A stretch of DNA of 64,000 nucleotides from Alphaproteobacteria bacterium (lineage in GTDB: Bacteria > Pseudomonadota > Alphaproteobacteria > JASGCL01): the NCBI GenBank assembly GCA_965203915.1, contig OZ241918.1:609532-673531 (forward strand), given 5' to 3'. Of this stretch, positions 19,401 to 31,898 are shown one piece after another. The position numbers were made by a program, and so were the translations under genes. Positions within the stretch are counted from its first letter, which is position 1. Every line of letters begins with the position of its first letter. The notes beneath the pieces were generated by a model, which had not been told where the DNA came from, made no database searches, and was given only the letters and a program-made list of their open reading frames with translations.

Positions 19401-22400
19401 AGTCCCGCCATCAGCCAACTCTTCGTCCTAACCCTGGGTGATGTGGCTGAGGCGGCAAGTTTTGTTGCCGCGCCCACGGGTGGAGCGGCGGTTAGTGAAA
19501 ATAATACGGTGGGTGTTGTGGTGGGTAATTTCTTGGCGACCGATAGTGCGGCGGCGGCGATGACATATGGTCTTGGCGGGACGGACGCCAATTATTTCAC
19601 CATCGATGCCACTGGTAATCTCAAACTAAAATCGGTTTTGGATTTTGAAGATGCGGTGCACACCGCCCAGAATTATACGGTGGTGGTAACGGCGGGTTCG
19701 GTGGTTGGTGGTCACGTCGCCAGTCAAGTTTTCGTCCTAAGCCTGGGTAATGTTGATGAAGCAACCAGTTTTGTCGCCACGACAACGGGCAGTGCCATCA
19801 GCGAAAATAATACGGTGGGGGTTGTGGTTGGTAATTTTCTGGCGACCGATAGCGATAAGTCGGTTGTTACTTACAGCCTTGGTGGGACTGACGCCAATTA
19901 TTTTACCATCGATGCCGCTGGTAATTTAAAATTAAAATCGAGTTTGGATTATGAAGATGCGGGACATACCGCCCAAAATTACAGCGTGGTGGTAACGGCG
20001 AAGGCGACCGATGCCAGCCCCGCCATCAGCCAATTGTTTGTGTTGAGTTTGGGTGATGTGGCTGAGGCGGCGGGTTTTGTTGCCGCGCCCACAGGTGGCG
20101 TGGGGGTGAGCGAAAACAATACAGTGGGTTTTGTGGTTGGTAATTTCTTGGCGACCGATAGTGCGGCGGCGGCGATGACATATGGTCTTGGCGGGACCGA
20201 TGCCAATTATTTTACCATCGATGCCACTGGCAATTTAAAATTAAAATCGAGTTTGGATTTTGAAGATACGGGGCACACCGCCCAAAATTATACGGTGGTG
20301 GTAACGGCGGGTTCGGTGGTTGGTGGTCACGTCGCCAGTCAAGTTTTCGTCTTAAGCCTGGGTAATGTTGATGAAGCAACCAGTTTTGTCGCCACGACAA
20401 CGGGCAGTGCCATCAGCGAAAATAATACGGTGGGGGTTGTGGTTGGTAATTTTCTGGCGACCGATAGCGATAAGTCGGTTGTTACTTACAGCCTTGGTGG
20501 GACTGACGCCAATTATTTTACCATCGATGCCGCTGGTAATTTAAAATTAAAATCGAGTTTGGATTTTGAGGATGCGGTACATACTGCCAAAAATTACAGC
20601 GTGGTGGTAACGGCGAAGGCGACCGATGCGAGCCCCGCCATCAGCCAATTGTTTGTGTTGAGTTTGGGTGATGTGGCTGAGGCGGCGGGTTTTGTTGCCA
20701 CGACAACGGGTGCGGCCGTTAATGAAAATAATACGGTGGGGCTGGTCGTTGGTAATTTCTTGGCGACCGATAGCGCGGCGGCGGCGATGACATATGGTCT
20801 TGGCGGGACGGATGCCAATTATTTCACCATCGATGCCACTGGTAATCTCAAACTAAAATCGGTTTTGGATTTTGAAGATACGGGGCACACCGCCCAAAAT
20901 TATACGGTGGTGGTAACGGCGGGTTCGGTGGTTGGCGGTCATTTCGCCAGCCAAGTTTTCGTCTTAAGCCTGGGGAATGTTGATGAAGCAACCAGTTTTG
21001 TTGCCACGACAACGGGTGCGGCGGTTAGCGAAAATAATACGGTGGGTTTTGTGGTGGGTAATTTCCTGGCGACCGATGGCGATAAGTCGGCTGTTACTTA
21101 CAGCCTTGGCGGGACTGACGCCAATTACTTCACCATCGATGCTACTGGTAATTTAAAATTAAAATCGAGTTTGGATTTTGAAGATGTGGGACATACCGCC
21201 CATAATTACAGCGTGGTGGTAACGGCGAAGGCGACCGATGCGAGTCCCGCCATCAGCCAACTCTTCGTCCTAACCCTGGGTGATGTGGCTGAGGCGGCAA
21301 GTTTTGTTGCCGCGCCCACGGGTGGAGCGGCGGTTAGTGAAAATAATACGGTGGGTGTTGTGGTGGGTAATTTCTTGGCGACCGATAGCGCGGCGGCGGC
21401 GATGACATATGGTATTGGTGGCACGGACGCCAATTACTTCACCATTGATGCTACGGGTAATTTAAAATTAAAGTCGATTTTGGATTTTGAGGATACGGGG
21501 CACACCGCCCAGAATTATACAGTGGTGGTAACGGCGGGTTCGGTGGTTGGTAATCACGTCGCCAGTCAAGTTTTCGTCTTAAGCCTGGGCAATGTTGATG
21601 AAGCAACAAGTTTTGTTGTCGCACCGACAGGTGGCGCGGCGATAAGTGAAAATAATACAGTGGGGTTTGTGGTTGGTAATTTCCTGGCGACCGATGGTGA
21701 TAAGGTGGCTGTTACCTACAGCCTTGGCGGCACTGACGCCAATTATTTCACCATCGATGCTACGGGCAACCTCAAATTAAAATCAAGCTTGGATTTTGAA
21801 GATACGAATCACACCGCCAAAAATTACAGCGTGGTGGTAACGGCGAAGGCGACCGATACAAGCCCCGCCATCAGCCAACTCTTCATCCTAACCCTTGGTG
21901 ATGTGGCTGAGGCGGCGGGTTTTGTTGCCGCGCCCACAGGTGGCGTGGGGGTGAGCGAAAACAATACAGTGGGTTTTGTGGTTGGTAATTTCTTGGCGAC
22001 CGATAGTGCGGCGGCGGCGATGACATATGGTCTTGGCGGGACCGATGCCAATTATTTCACCATCGATGCCACTAGTAATCTCAAACTAAAATCGGTTTTG
22101 GATTTTGAAGATGCGGTGCACACCGCCCAAAATTATACGGTGGTGGTAACCGCGGGTTCGGTGGTTGGTAATCACGTCGCCAGTCAAGTTTTCGTCTTAA
22201 GCCTAGGCAATGTGGATGAAGCAACCAGTTTTGTTGCCACGATGACGGGTGCGGCCATTAGTGAAAATAATACGGTGGGTTTTGTGGTGGGTAATTTCCT
22301 GGCGACCGATGGCGATAAGTCGGCTGTTACTTACAGCCTTGGCGGGACTGACGCCAATTACTTCACCATCGATGCTACTGGTAATTTAAAATTAAAATCG

Positions 22401-25400
22401 AGTTTGGATTTTGAAGATGTGGGACATACCGCCCATAATTACAGCGTGGTGGTAACGGCGAAGGCGACCGATGCGAGTGCCGCCATCAGCCAATTGTTTG
22501 TGTTGAGTTTGGGTGATGTGGCTGAGGCGGCGGGTTTTGTTGCCGCACCCACGGGTGGCGTGGGGGTTAGTGAAAATAATGCAGTGGGTTTTGTGGTGGG
22601 TAATTTCTTGGCGACTGATAGTGCGGCGGCGGCGATGACATATGGTCTTGGCGGGACGGATGCCAATTATTTCACCATCGATGCCACTGGTAATCTCAAA
22701 CTAAAATCGGTTTTGGATTTTGAAGATACGGGGCACACCGCCCAAAATTATACGGTGGTGGTAACGGCGGGTTCGGTGGTTGGTAGTCACGTCGCCAGCC
22801 AAGTTTTCGTCTTAAGCCTGGGGAATGTTGATGAAGCAACCAGTTTTGTTGCCACGATGACGGGTGCGGCCGTTAGTGAAAATAATACGGTGGGGCTGGT
22901 GGTTGGTAATTTCCTGGCGACCGATAGCGATAAGTCGGTTGTTACTTACAGCCTTGGTGGGACTGACGCCAATTATTTTACCATCGATGCTGCTGGTAAT
23001 TTAAAATTAAAATCGAGTTTGGATTTTGAAGATGTGGGGCATACCGCCAAAAATTACAGCGTGGTGGTGACGGCGAAGGCGACTGATACAAGCCCCGCCA
23101 TCAGCCAACTCTTCATCCTAACCCTTGGTGATGTGGCTGAGGCGGCGGGTTTTGTTGCCGCACCCACGGGTGGCGTGGGGGTTAGTGAAAATAATGCAGT
23201 GGGTTTTGTGGTGGGTAATTTCTTGGCGACTGATAGTGCGGCGGCGGCGATGACATATGGTCTTGGCGGGACGGACGCCAATTATTTCACCATCGATGCC
23301 ACTGGTAATTTAAAATTAAAGTCGGTTTTGGATTTTGAAGATGCGGGGCACGTCGTCCAGAATTATACGGTGGTGGTAACGGCGGGTTCGGTGGTTGGTA
23401 GTCACGTCGCCAGCCAAGTTTTCGTCTTAAGCCTGGGGAATGTTGATGAAGCAACCAGTTTTGTTGCCACGATGACGGGTGCGGCCGTTAGTGAAAATAA
23501 TACGGTGGGTTTTGTGGTTGGTAATTTCTTGGCGACCGATGGTGATGGGGCGGCGGTGACCTACGGCCTTGGTGGGACTGACGCCAATTATTTTACCATC
23601 GACGCCACTGGTAATTTAAAATTAAAGTCAGTTTTGGATTTCGAGGATGCGGGGCACACCGCCCAGAATTATACAGTGGTGGTGACGGCAAAATCAACCG
23701 ATGCAAGCAGTGCCATCAGCCAAGTTTTCGTCTTAAGCCTGGGCAATTCGGATGAGATAACAAGGTTTGCTACCGCGCCCACAGGTGGCGCCATCAGCGA
23801 AAACAATGCGTTAGGAATCGTGGTTGGTAATTTTCTAGCGACCGATGGCGATGGTGCGGCGGTGACATATGATTTAAGTGGGACTGACGCCAATTATTTT
23901 ACCATCGACGCCACTGGCAAATTAAAATTAACTTCGGTTTTGGATTTTGAGGATGCGGTGCATACCGCCAAAAATTACAGTGTGGTGGTAACGGCGAAGG
24001 CGACCGATGCGAGTGGTGCCATCAGTCAATTGTTTGTGTTGAGCCTTGGCAATGTGGATGAGGCAACCAGTTTTGTTGCCACGACAACGGGCAGTGCCAT
24101 CAGCGAAAATAATGCGGTTGGGGTTGTGGTTGGTAATTTCCTGGCGACCGATGGCGATGGGGCAAAGGTGACCTATAGCCTTGGCGGGACTGACGCCAAT
24201 TATTTTACCATCGATGCCAATGGTGATCTCAAATTAAAATCAGTTTTGGATTTTGAAAATGCGGGGCATACCGCCCATAATTATAGCGTGGTGGTTAAGG
24301 TGAAGGCGACCGATGCAAGCCCCGCCATCAGCCAACTGTTTGTGTTGAGTTTGGGTAATGGTGATGAGGCAACCAATTTTGCCGCCACGACAACGGGCAG
24401 CGCGATGAGCGAAAACAATGCGTTAGGAATCGTGGTTGGTAATTTTCTGGCGACCGATGGCGATGGTGCGGCGGTGACATATGATTTAAGTGGGGCGGAC
24501 GCCAATTATTTCACCATCGATGCTACTGGCAAATTAAAATTAAATTCGAGGTTGGATTATGAAGATACGGGGCACACCGCCCAAAATTATACGGTGGTGG
24601 TAACGGCGGGTTCGGTGGTTGGCAGTCACTTCGCTAGCCAAGTTTTCGTCTTAAGCCTTGGTAACGTGGATGAGGCAACCAGTTTTGTTGCCACGACAAC
24701 GGGCAGTGCCATCAGCGAAAATAATGCGGTTGGGGTTGTGGTTGGTAATTTCCTGGCGACCGATGGTGATAAGGTGGCTGTTACCTACAGCCTTGGTGGC
24801 ACTGATGCCAATTATTTTACCATCGATGCCAATGGTGATCTCAAGTTAAAATCGGTTTTGGATTTTGAAAATGCGGGGCATACCGCAAAAAATTACAGCG
24901 TGGTGGTCAGGGCGAAGGCGACCGATGCCAGCCCCGCCATCAGCCAATTGTTTGTGCTGAGCCTGGGTAATGGTGATGAGGCAACCAGTTTTGTTGCCAC
25001 GACAACGGGCAGTGCGATGAGCGAAAACAATGCAGTGGGGGTTGTGGTTGGTAATTTCTTGGCGACCGATGGTGATGGGGCGGCGGTGACCTACGGCCTT
25101 GGTGGGACTGACGCCAATTATTTTACCATCGACTCTACTGGTAAATTAAAATTAACTTCGAGGTTGGATTATGAAGATGCGGGACATACCGCCCAGAATT
25201 ATACGGTGTTGGTAACGGCGGGTTCGGTGGTTGGCAGTCACCTCGCCAGTCAAGTTTTCGTCTTAAGCCTGGGCAACGCGGATGAGGCAACGGGTTTTGT
25301 CGCCACGACAAGGGGTGGTGCCATCAGCGAAAACAATGTAGTGGATGTTGTGGTTGGTAATTTCCTGGCGACCGATGGCGATGGTGCGGCGGTGACATAT

Positions 25401-28400
25401 AGCCTTGGCGGGACTGACGCCAATTATTTCACCATCGACGCTACTGGTAATTTAAAATTAACTTCGATTTTGGATTTTGAAGATGTGGCACACACGGCCA
25501 AAAATTATAGCGTGGTGATAACGGCGAAGTCGACCGATGCCAGTCCCGCCATCAGCCAATTGTTTGTGTTGAGTTTGGGTAATGGTGATGAGGCAACAGG
25601 TTTTGTCGCCGCACCCACAGGTGGCGTGGATATCAGCGAAAACAATGCGGTGGGAATCGTGGTTGGCAATTTCCTGGCGACCGATGGCGATGGGGCAAAG
25701 GCGACCTACAGCCTTGGCGGCACTGACGCCAATTACTTCACCATCGACAGCACTGGTAATCTCAAGTTAAAATCGGTTTTGGATTTTGAAAATGCGGGGC
25801 ATACCGCCAAAAATTACAGCGTGGTGGTGATGGCGAAGTCGACCGATGCCAGCCCCGCCATCAGCCAACTCTTCGTCTTAACCCTGGGCAATGTTGATGA
25901 CCCAACCAGTTTTATCGCCACGACAACGGGCGCGGCCGTTACCGAAAATAATACGGTGGGTGTGGTCGTCGCCAATTTCCTGGCGACCGATGGCGATGGA
26001 GCATCGGTGACATATGATTTAAGCGGCGCCGATGCCAATTATTTCACCATCGATGCCACTGGTAAATTAAAATTAAACTCGAGTTTGGATTTTGAAGATG
26101 CGAATCACACCGCCAAAAATTACAGCGTGGTGATAACGGCGAAGGCGACCGATGCCAGCCCCGCCATCAGCCAACTCTTCGTCCTAAGCCTTGGCAATGT
26201 GGGGGAGGCAGCCAGTTTTATCGCCACGACAACGGGCGCGGACATCAGCGAAAATAATACGGTGGGGGTTGTGGTTGGTAATTTCCTGGCGACCGATGGC
26301 GATGGGGCAAAGGTGACCTACAGCCTTGGTGGCACGGACGCCAATTATTTCACCATCGACGCCACTGGTGATATCAAGCTAAAATCAATTTTGGATTTTG
26401 AAAATGCGGGGCACACCGCCAAAAATTATAGCGTGGTGCTAACGGCGAAGTCGACCGACGCGAGCCCCGCCATCAGCCAACTCTTCATCCTAACCCTGGG
26501 CAATGTGGATGACCCAACAAGTTTTGTCGCCACAACAACGGGTGTGGCCATCACCGAAAACAATGCGTTAGGGATCGTGGTGGGAACTTTCCTGGCGACC
26601 GATGGCGATGGGGTAGCAGTGACCTATGATTTAAGCGGCACCGACGCCAATTATTTCACCATCGACGCCACTGGTAAATTAAAATTAAACTCGAGCTTGG
26701 ATTTTGAAGATGCGAATCACGCCGCCCATAATTACAGCGTGGTGATAACGGCGAAGGCGACCGATGCCAGCGACGCCATTAGCCAACTCTTCATCTTAAC
26801 CCTGGGTGATGTTTCTGATTCAACAAGGTTTGTCACCACGACAACGCGTGGTGTCATCAGCGAAAACAATGCAGTGGATGCGTCCGTCGCCAATTTCTTG
26901 GCGACCAATGTCAATGGGGCAACGGTGACCTACAGCCTTGGCGGGATTGACGCCAATTATTTTACCATCGACGCCACTGGCAACCTCAAGCTAAAATCGG
27001 TTTTGGATTTTGAAAATACGGGGCATACCGCCCATAGTTATATTGTTATGGTAACGGCGAAGGCGACCGATGCCAGCGGCGCCGTTAGCCAACTCTTCAC
27101 CTTAAGCTTGGTTGATGTTCCTGACTCGACAAGTTTTGTCGCCACAACAACGGGCAACGCGATAAACGAAAACAATACATTGGGTGCGTCTGTCGCCAAT
27201 TTCTTGGCAACCAATATCACTGGGGCAATGATTACCTACAGCCTTGGCGGGATTGACGCCAATTATTTTACCATCGACGCCAATGGCAACCTCAAGCTAA
27301 AATCGGTTTTGGATTTTGAAGATGCGGGGCACACCGCCCCTAATTACAGCGTGGTGGTAACGGCGAGTGCGACCAATGCAAGCGGCACCGCCAGCCAATT
27401 GTTTGTGTTGACATTGGGCAATGTGGCCGAACCAATGCGGTTTGCTAGCACGACAACGGGCAACGCGATAAGCGAAAACAATGCGGTGGATATTGTGGTT
27501 GGTAATTTCCTAGCGACCGAGGTCACCCTTGCGGTGGTAACATACAGCCTTGCTGGCACCGACGCCAATTATTTTACCATCGACGCCAATGGCAGCCTTA
27601 AGATAAAATCGATTTTGGATTTTGAAGATGCGGCGCACCCCGCCCATAATTACACGGTGGTGGTGGTGGCGAAGTCAGACCAAGGCGTCGTCATCAGCGG
27701 ATTGTTTGTCTTGAGCCTGGATAATGTGGATGAGGGGATGAGTTTTGTCGCCGCAACAACGGGCAGCGAGATAAGCGAAAACAATGCGGTGGATGTGTCA
27801 GTCGCCAATTTCTTGGCGACTGAGGTTGCTGGGGCCGCGGTTACCTACAGCCTTGGCGGCACCGACGCCAATTGTTTCACCATCGACGCCAATGGCAACC
27901 TGAAATTAATATCGGTTTTAGATTATGAAAATGCGTGGCATAGCAAAAATTACAGCGTGGTGGTAACGGCCAATCCGACCAATGGGGGCGATGCAATTAG
28001 CCAAGTCTTCATCTTAAGCCTTGGTAATGTGGTCGAACCAATGAGTTTTGTCGCCCCGCCAACGGGCAGAGCCATCAACGAAAACAATGCGGTGGGTTTG
28101 TCTGTCGCCAATTTCTCGGCGACCAAGGTCAATGGGGTGGCGGCGACCTACAGCCTTGGCGGCACCGACTCGGACTACTTCACCATCAACGCCGATGGTA
28201 GTTTACGATGCAAATCGATTTTGGATTTTGAAGATGTGTGGCACACCGCCAAAAATTACAGCGTGGTGGTAACGGCAACATCACCCAATGGCACGGCGAC
28301 TATCAGTCAATTATTTGTGTTGAGTTTGGGCAATGTGAATGAACCAGTGAGTTTTGTCGCCACGACAACGGGCAGCGCGATAAGCGAAAACAATGCAGTG

Positions 28401-31400
28401 GGTGCTGTGGTGGGTAATTTCCTGGCGACCGAGGTTAATAAGTTGGCGGTAACCTACAGCCTTGCTGGCACCGACTCGGCCTACTTCACCATCGCCGCCA
28501 ATGGCAACCTCAAGTTAAAATCCAGTTTAGATTTTGAAGATGCAGGGCACGCCACAAATTACAGCGTGGTGGTGGTGGCGAAGTCAGACCAAGGCGGCGC
28601 CGTCAGCAAATTGTTTGTGTTGAGTTTGAATAATGTCTATGAGGCAACAAATTTTGTCGCCGCAACAAGGAGTGCCGCCATCAGCGAAAACAATGCGGTG
28701 GGTGTGGCCGTCGCCAACTTCTTGGCGACCAACCTCAATGGGGCCATGGTGACCTACAGCCTTGGCGGGGTTGACGCCAATTATTTTACCATCAACGCCA
28801 ATGGCAACCTCAAGCTAGCATCCAGTTTGGATTATGAAGACGCATGGCACACCGCCAAAAATTACAGCGTGGTAATAACGGCAAGCCCGACCGATGCCAG
28901 CGGTGCGATTAGCCAACTATTCGTCTTAAGGCTTGGCGATGTTGGTGAAGCAATGTTTTTTGTCAACACCACATCGGGCACCACATCGGGCAACGCCATC
29001 AGCGAAAACAATGCAACGGGTCTGTCCGTCGCCAATTTCTTGGCACTGAATGCCAATGGGTTGGCGGTGACATACAACCTTGGTGGGATTGACGCCAATT
29101 ATTTCACCATCGACGCCAATGGCGCCCTGAAATTAATATCAGTTTTGGATTTTGAAGATACATGGCACACCGCCAAAAATTACAGCGTGGTGGTAACGGC
29201 GACAGCGGGCGGTGGCATCGCGGCGATTAGCCAATTGTTTGTGTTGAGTTTGGGCAATGTGAATGAACCAATGAGTTTTACCACCACGATAGCCGGCATC
29301 GCGATGAGCGAAAACAATACGGTGGGTGTGGTTGTCGCCAATTGCCTAGCGACCGAGGCCACTGCGGCAACGGTGACATACAGCCTTGGCGGCACCGACG
29401 CCGATTATTTTACCATCGACGCCACTGGCAAATTAAAATTAATATCAATTTTGGATTATGAAGATTTGTGGCGCATCCCCCCCGACCCTTTCATTAATTG
29501 GCCACCCCCCATTAATGGTACTTACAAACCTAATTACAGCGTGGTGATAACGGCGACGTCAGACCAAGGCGGACTCATCAGTCGATTATTTGTCGTGAGC
29601 CTGGGTGATGTGCCCGAACCAACCAGTTTTGTCGAAATGACAACCGGTGTTACCATCAGCGAAAACAATGCGGTGGATCTGGCCGTCGGTAATTTCTTGG
29701 CGACCAATGTTAATGGGGCAATGGTGACCTACAGTATTGGCGGGGTTGACTCGGGCTATTTCACCATTGACGCCAATGGCAACCTCAAATTAACAGCGAT
29801 TTTGGATTATGAAGATGAGTCGCGCCACATCCCTAACAAAAACAATCCTGCTTTTCTGCATTGGGAGAGAAACCATAAATACAGCGTGGTGGTAACGGCG
29901 AGTGCGACCGATGCGAGTGGTGCAGTTAGTAAACTCTTCGTCCTAAAGATTGACGATGTTGCTGAACCAATAAGCATGGGCTTCGGGGGAAGCTACTGGA
30001 TACAACCGATGCCCGAAAGCAGTGCAATTGGCACGCAAATCGTTGGTGTCTCAGCGGTCGACAACTCACCTGGGACTGTGCCTGGAGCGGTATACAATAC
30101 GTACATCCGTTTAGATAACATGGAGGCTGACAACAAATATTTTACTCTAGTTTACGATCGTAATCAGAGGGGTAATAGTTTAAACGGTAATATAGTCTTA
30201 GCATCAATGTTGGATTTTGAAGATGCGCAGCACCCCTCCCCTTATTACACTATATTGGCGAGGGCCAGTTCACAGAAAGGCAATAGCGTCAGCCAATTAT
30301 TTATATTCACCCTGGGTGATGTTGCTGAACCAATGGGTTTTGCCGCCCCAGCCGGCGGCGGTGTTATCAGCGAAAACAATGTGGTGGGTGTGACCGTAGC
30401 CAATTTCCTGGCGACCGATGTCAGCGGGTCGGCGATGGTTTACAGCCTTAGCGGCGATGATGCCAAATATTTTTTCCTTGACGCCAATGGCAACCTCAGA
30501 TTAACAGAAGCGATTTTGGATTATGAAGATATGTGGCGTCCCCACCCCATGTATTATGATATAGTATATACTCAGTGGAACCCGATTTATGATGTTTACA
30601 ACCCTAATTACAGCGTGGTGGTAACGGCGAGTGCCGCAGGTAAGAGCGTCAGTAAATTGTTTGTGGTGACGGTGGTTGATGTGGCTGAGGCAACAAATTT
30701 TGTCAGCATGACAAGGGGCGTTGCCATCAGCGAAAACAATGCGGTGGGTGTGGCGGTCGCCAATTTCTTGGCGACCGAGGTTAATGGGGCCACGGTGACA
30801 TACAGCCTTAGCGGTGCCGACGCCAATTATTTTACCATCAACGCCATTGGCAGCCTCAAGTTAGTATCAGTTTTGGATTATGAAAATGCGGCGCACCTCG
30901 CCCATAATTACAGCGTGGTGGTGACGGCGAAGTCAGACCAAGGTGGCAGCGTCAGCAGATTGTTTGTGTTGTCGTTGGGTAATGTGGCGGGGGCAAGCCA
31001 TGCCGACCATGTGGCCTACATCGACGGCACCACGGCGACCCATGCGGTGAATGTGGGTGGCATTATTGGTCATGACGATGCGGGTAATATTGATTATGCC
31101 AATGTGCAATTCCATGGCGTCAATTACACCGACAAAGTCATTACCCATCAAGTTGACGCGGGCGGTCTACAATCAACCACCGTGGATTATGTGGTGCGTG
31201 GCATTAGCGATCTGGAATCTTTGAAGATAAGCTTCAACGGCTTTACCGATACCGATGGCAGTAAGCATAACCATTGGTTCTTCGTCCAGGATGACGCCAC
31301 CGACCACAGCGGGCATATTGTGTTTGACGCCGATGGGCAGAATGTCAACCTGCATAGTTTCACCGATGGCGGTGGTTTAGCAACTTCTGACCAAATTAAT

Positions 31401-31565
31401 TTGCTGGCGGGCTCGAATTACGGCATTGACGGCGATTTTAGCAAACCCGCGGATTTGGATTTGAACTTGGCTTCCGACCCATTGCATCAAAACATCGCTG
31501 GGGCATTGACCTTCGACCAATTCCTCGCCCTCCTCGGCGGCAGCCAGCATATCAGTTTTGTTTAG
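16487..31565 (+). CDS. Giant cadherin-repeat protein C (~5030 aa if intact, roughly 45 repeats), split by one frameshift into ORFs 16487-19441 and 19338-31565
   Basis: Start MAYSWK. A 2-bp deletion at ~19398 (gcgaccga-cgagtccc) is seen against the sister repeat at ~18773-18790 (gcgaccgatgcgagtccc). About 102-103 aa repeats. Conserved C-terminal domain at 30999-31565. Confidence 0.88.
18210..26800 (+). repeat. Tandem ~306-309 bp cadherin repeats with a higher-order ~612-618 bp period
   Basis: Alternating ATDSAAAA...AGSVVG and ATD(G/S)DK...AKATDAS repeats. Shadow antisense ORFs at 19979, 20594, 21206, 21824, 22439, 23054, 23669 and 24281. Confidence 0.9.
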
Positions 31566-31793
31566 GCTGATTGATGGGCGATTCGCTCTGGCGACACTAC
31601 CGAAACATGGTTTAATCGGGCGATTCGCTTCAAAAACCCATGTTGGGCATTATGTACACCCATTTATTATCCTTATTTATCAATAAAAATTGATTTTTAA
31701 CATGGTTATTTAATATTTAGGATTAAAAAAGGCTAAAAGACAAATAAAACCCTAAAAAAATACAAAAAAACGATTAAAAATACAAAAAAACAG

Positions 31794-31822
31794 TTGACAC
31801 CACACGTAAAAATTATTATAAA
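31794..31822 (+). promoter_or_regulatory. Sigma70-like promoter of gene D: TTGACA-N17-TATAAA, with upstream A-tract direct repeat
   Basis: Consensus -35 and 17-bp spacer; AAAAATACAAAAAAAC occurs twice at 31756-31791 (UP-element-like). Confidence 0.7.
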
Positions 31823-31898
31823 TCCCCGCAGGTTAGAGTTAAATTATATTTCCTTGTTATAGAGAAAATATAGGGACAGAATTTTTATAGGGACAAAC

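Noticed and set aside
28967-28990. 12-bp tandem duplication (CACCACATCGGG x2; TTSG-TTSG)
   Set aside because: Real but a trivial in-frame slippage event with no further structure.
29455-30615. Diversity-generating retroelement as the source of the variable loops
   Set aside because: No reverse transcriptase is in the window, I found no template/variable pair differing only at adenines, and the loops differ in length. It cannot be excluded elsewhere in the genome.
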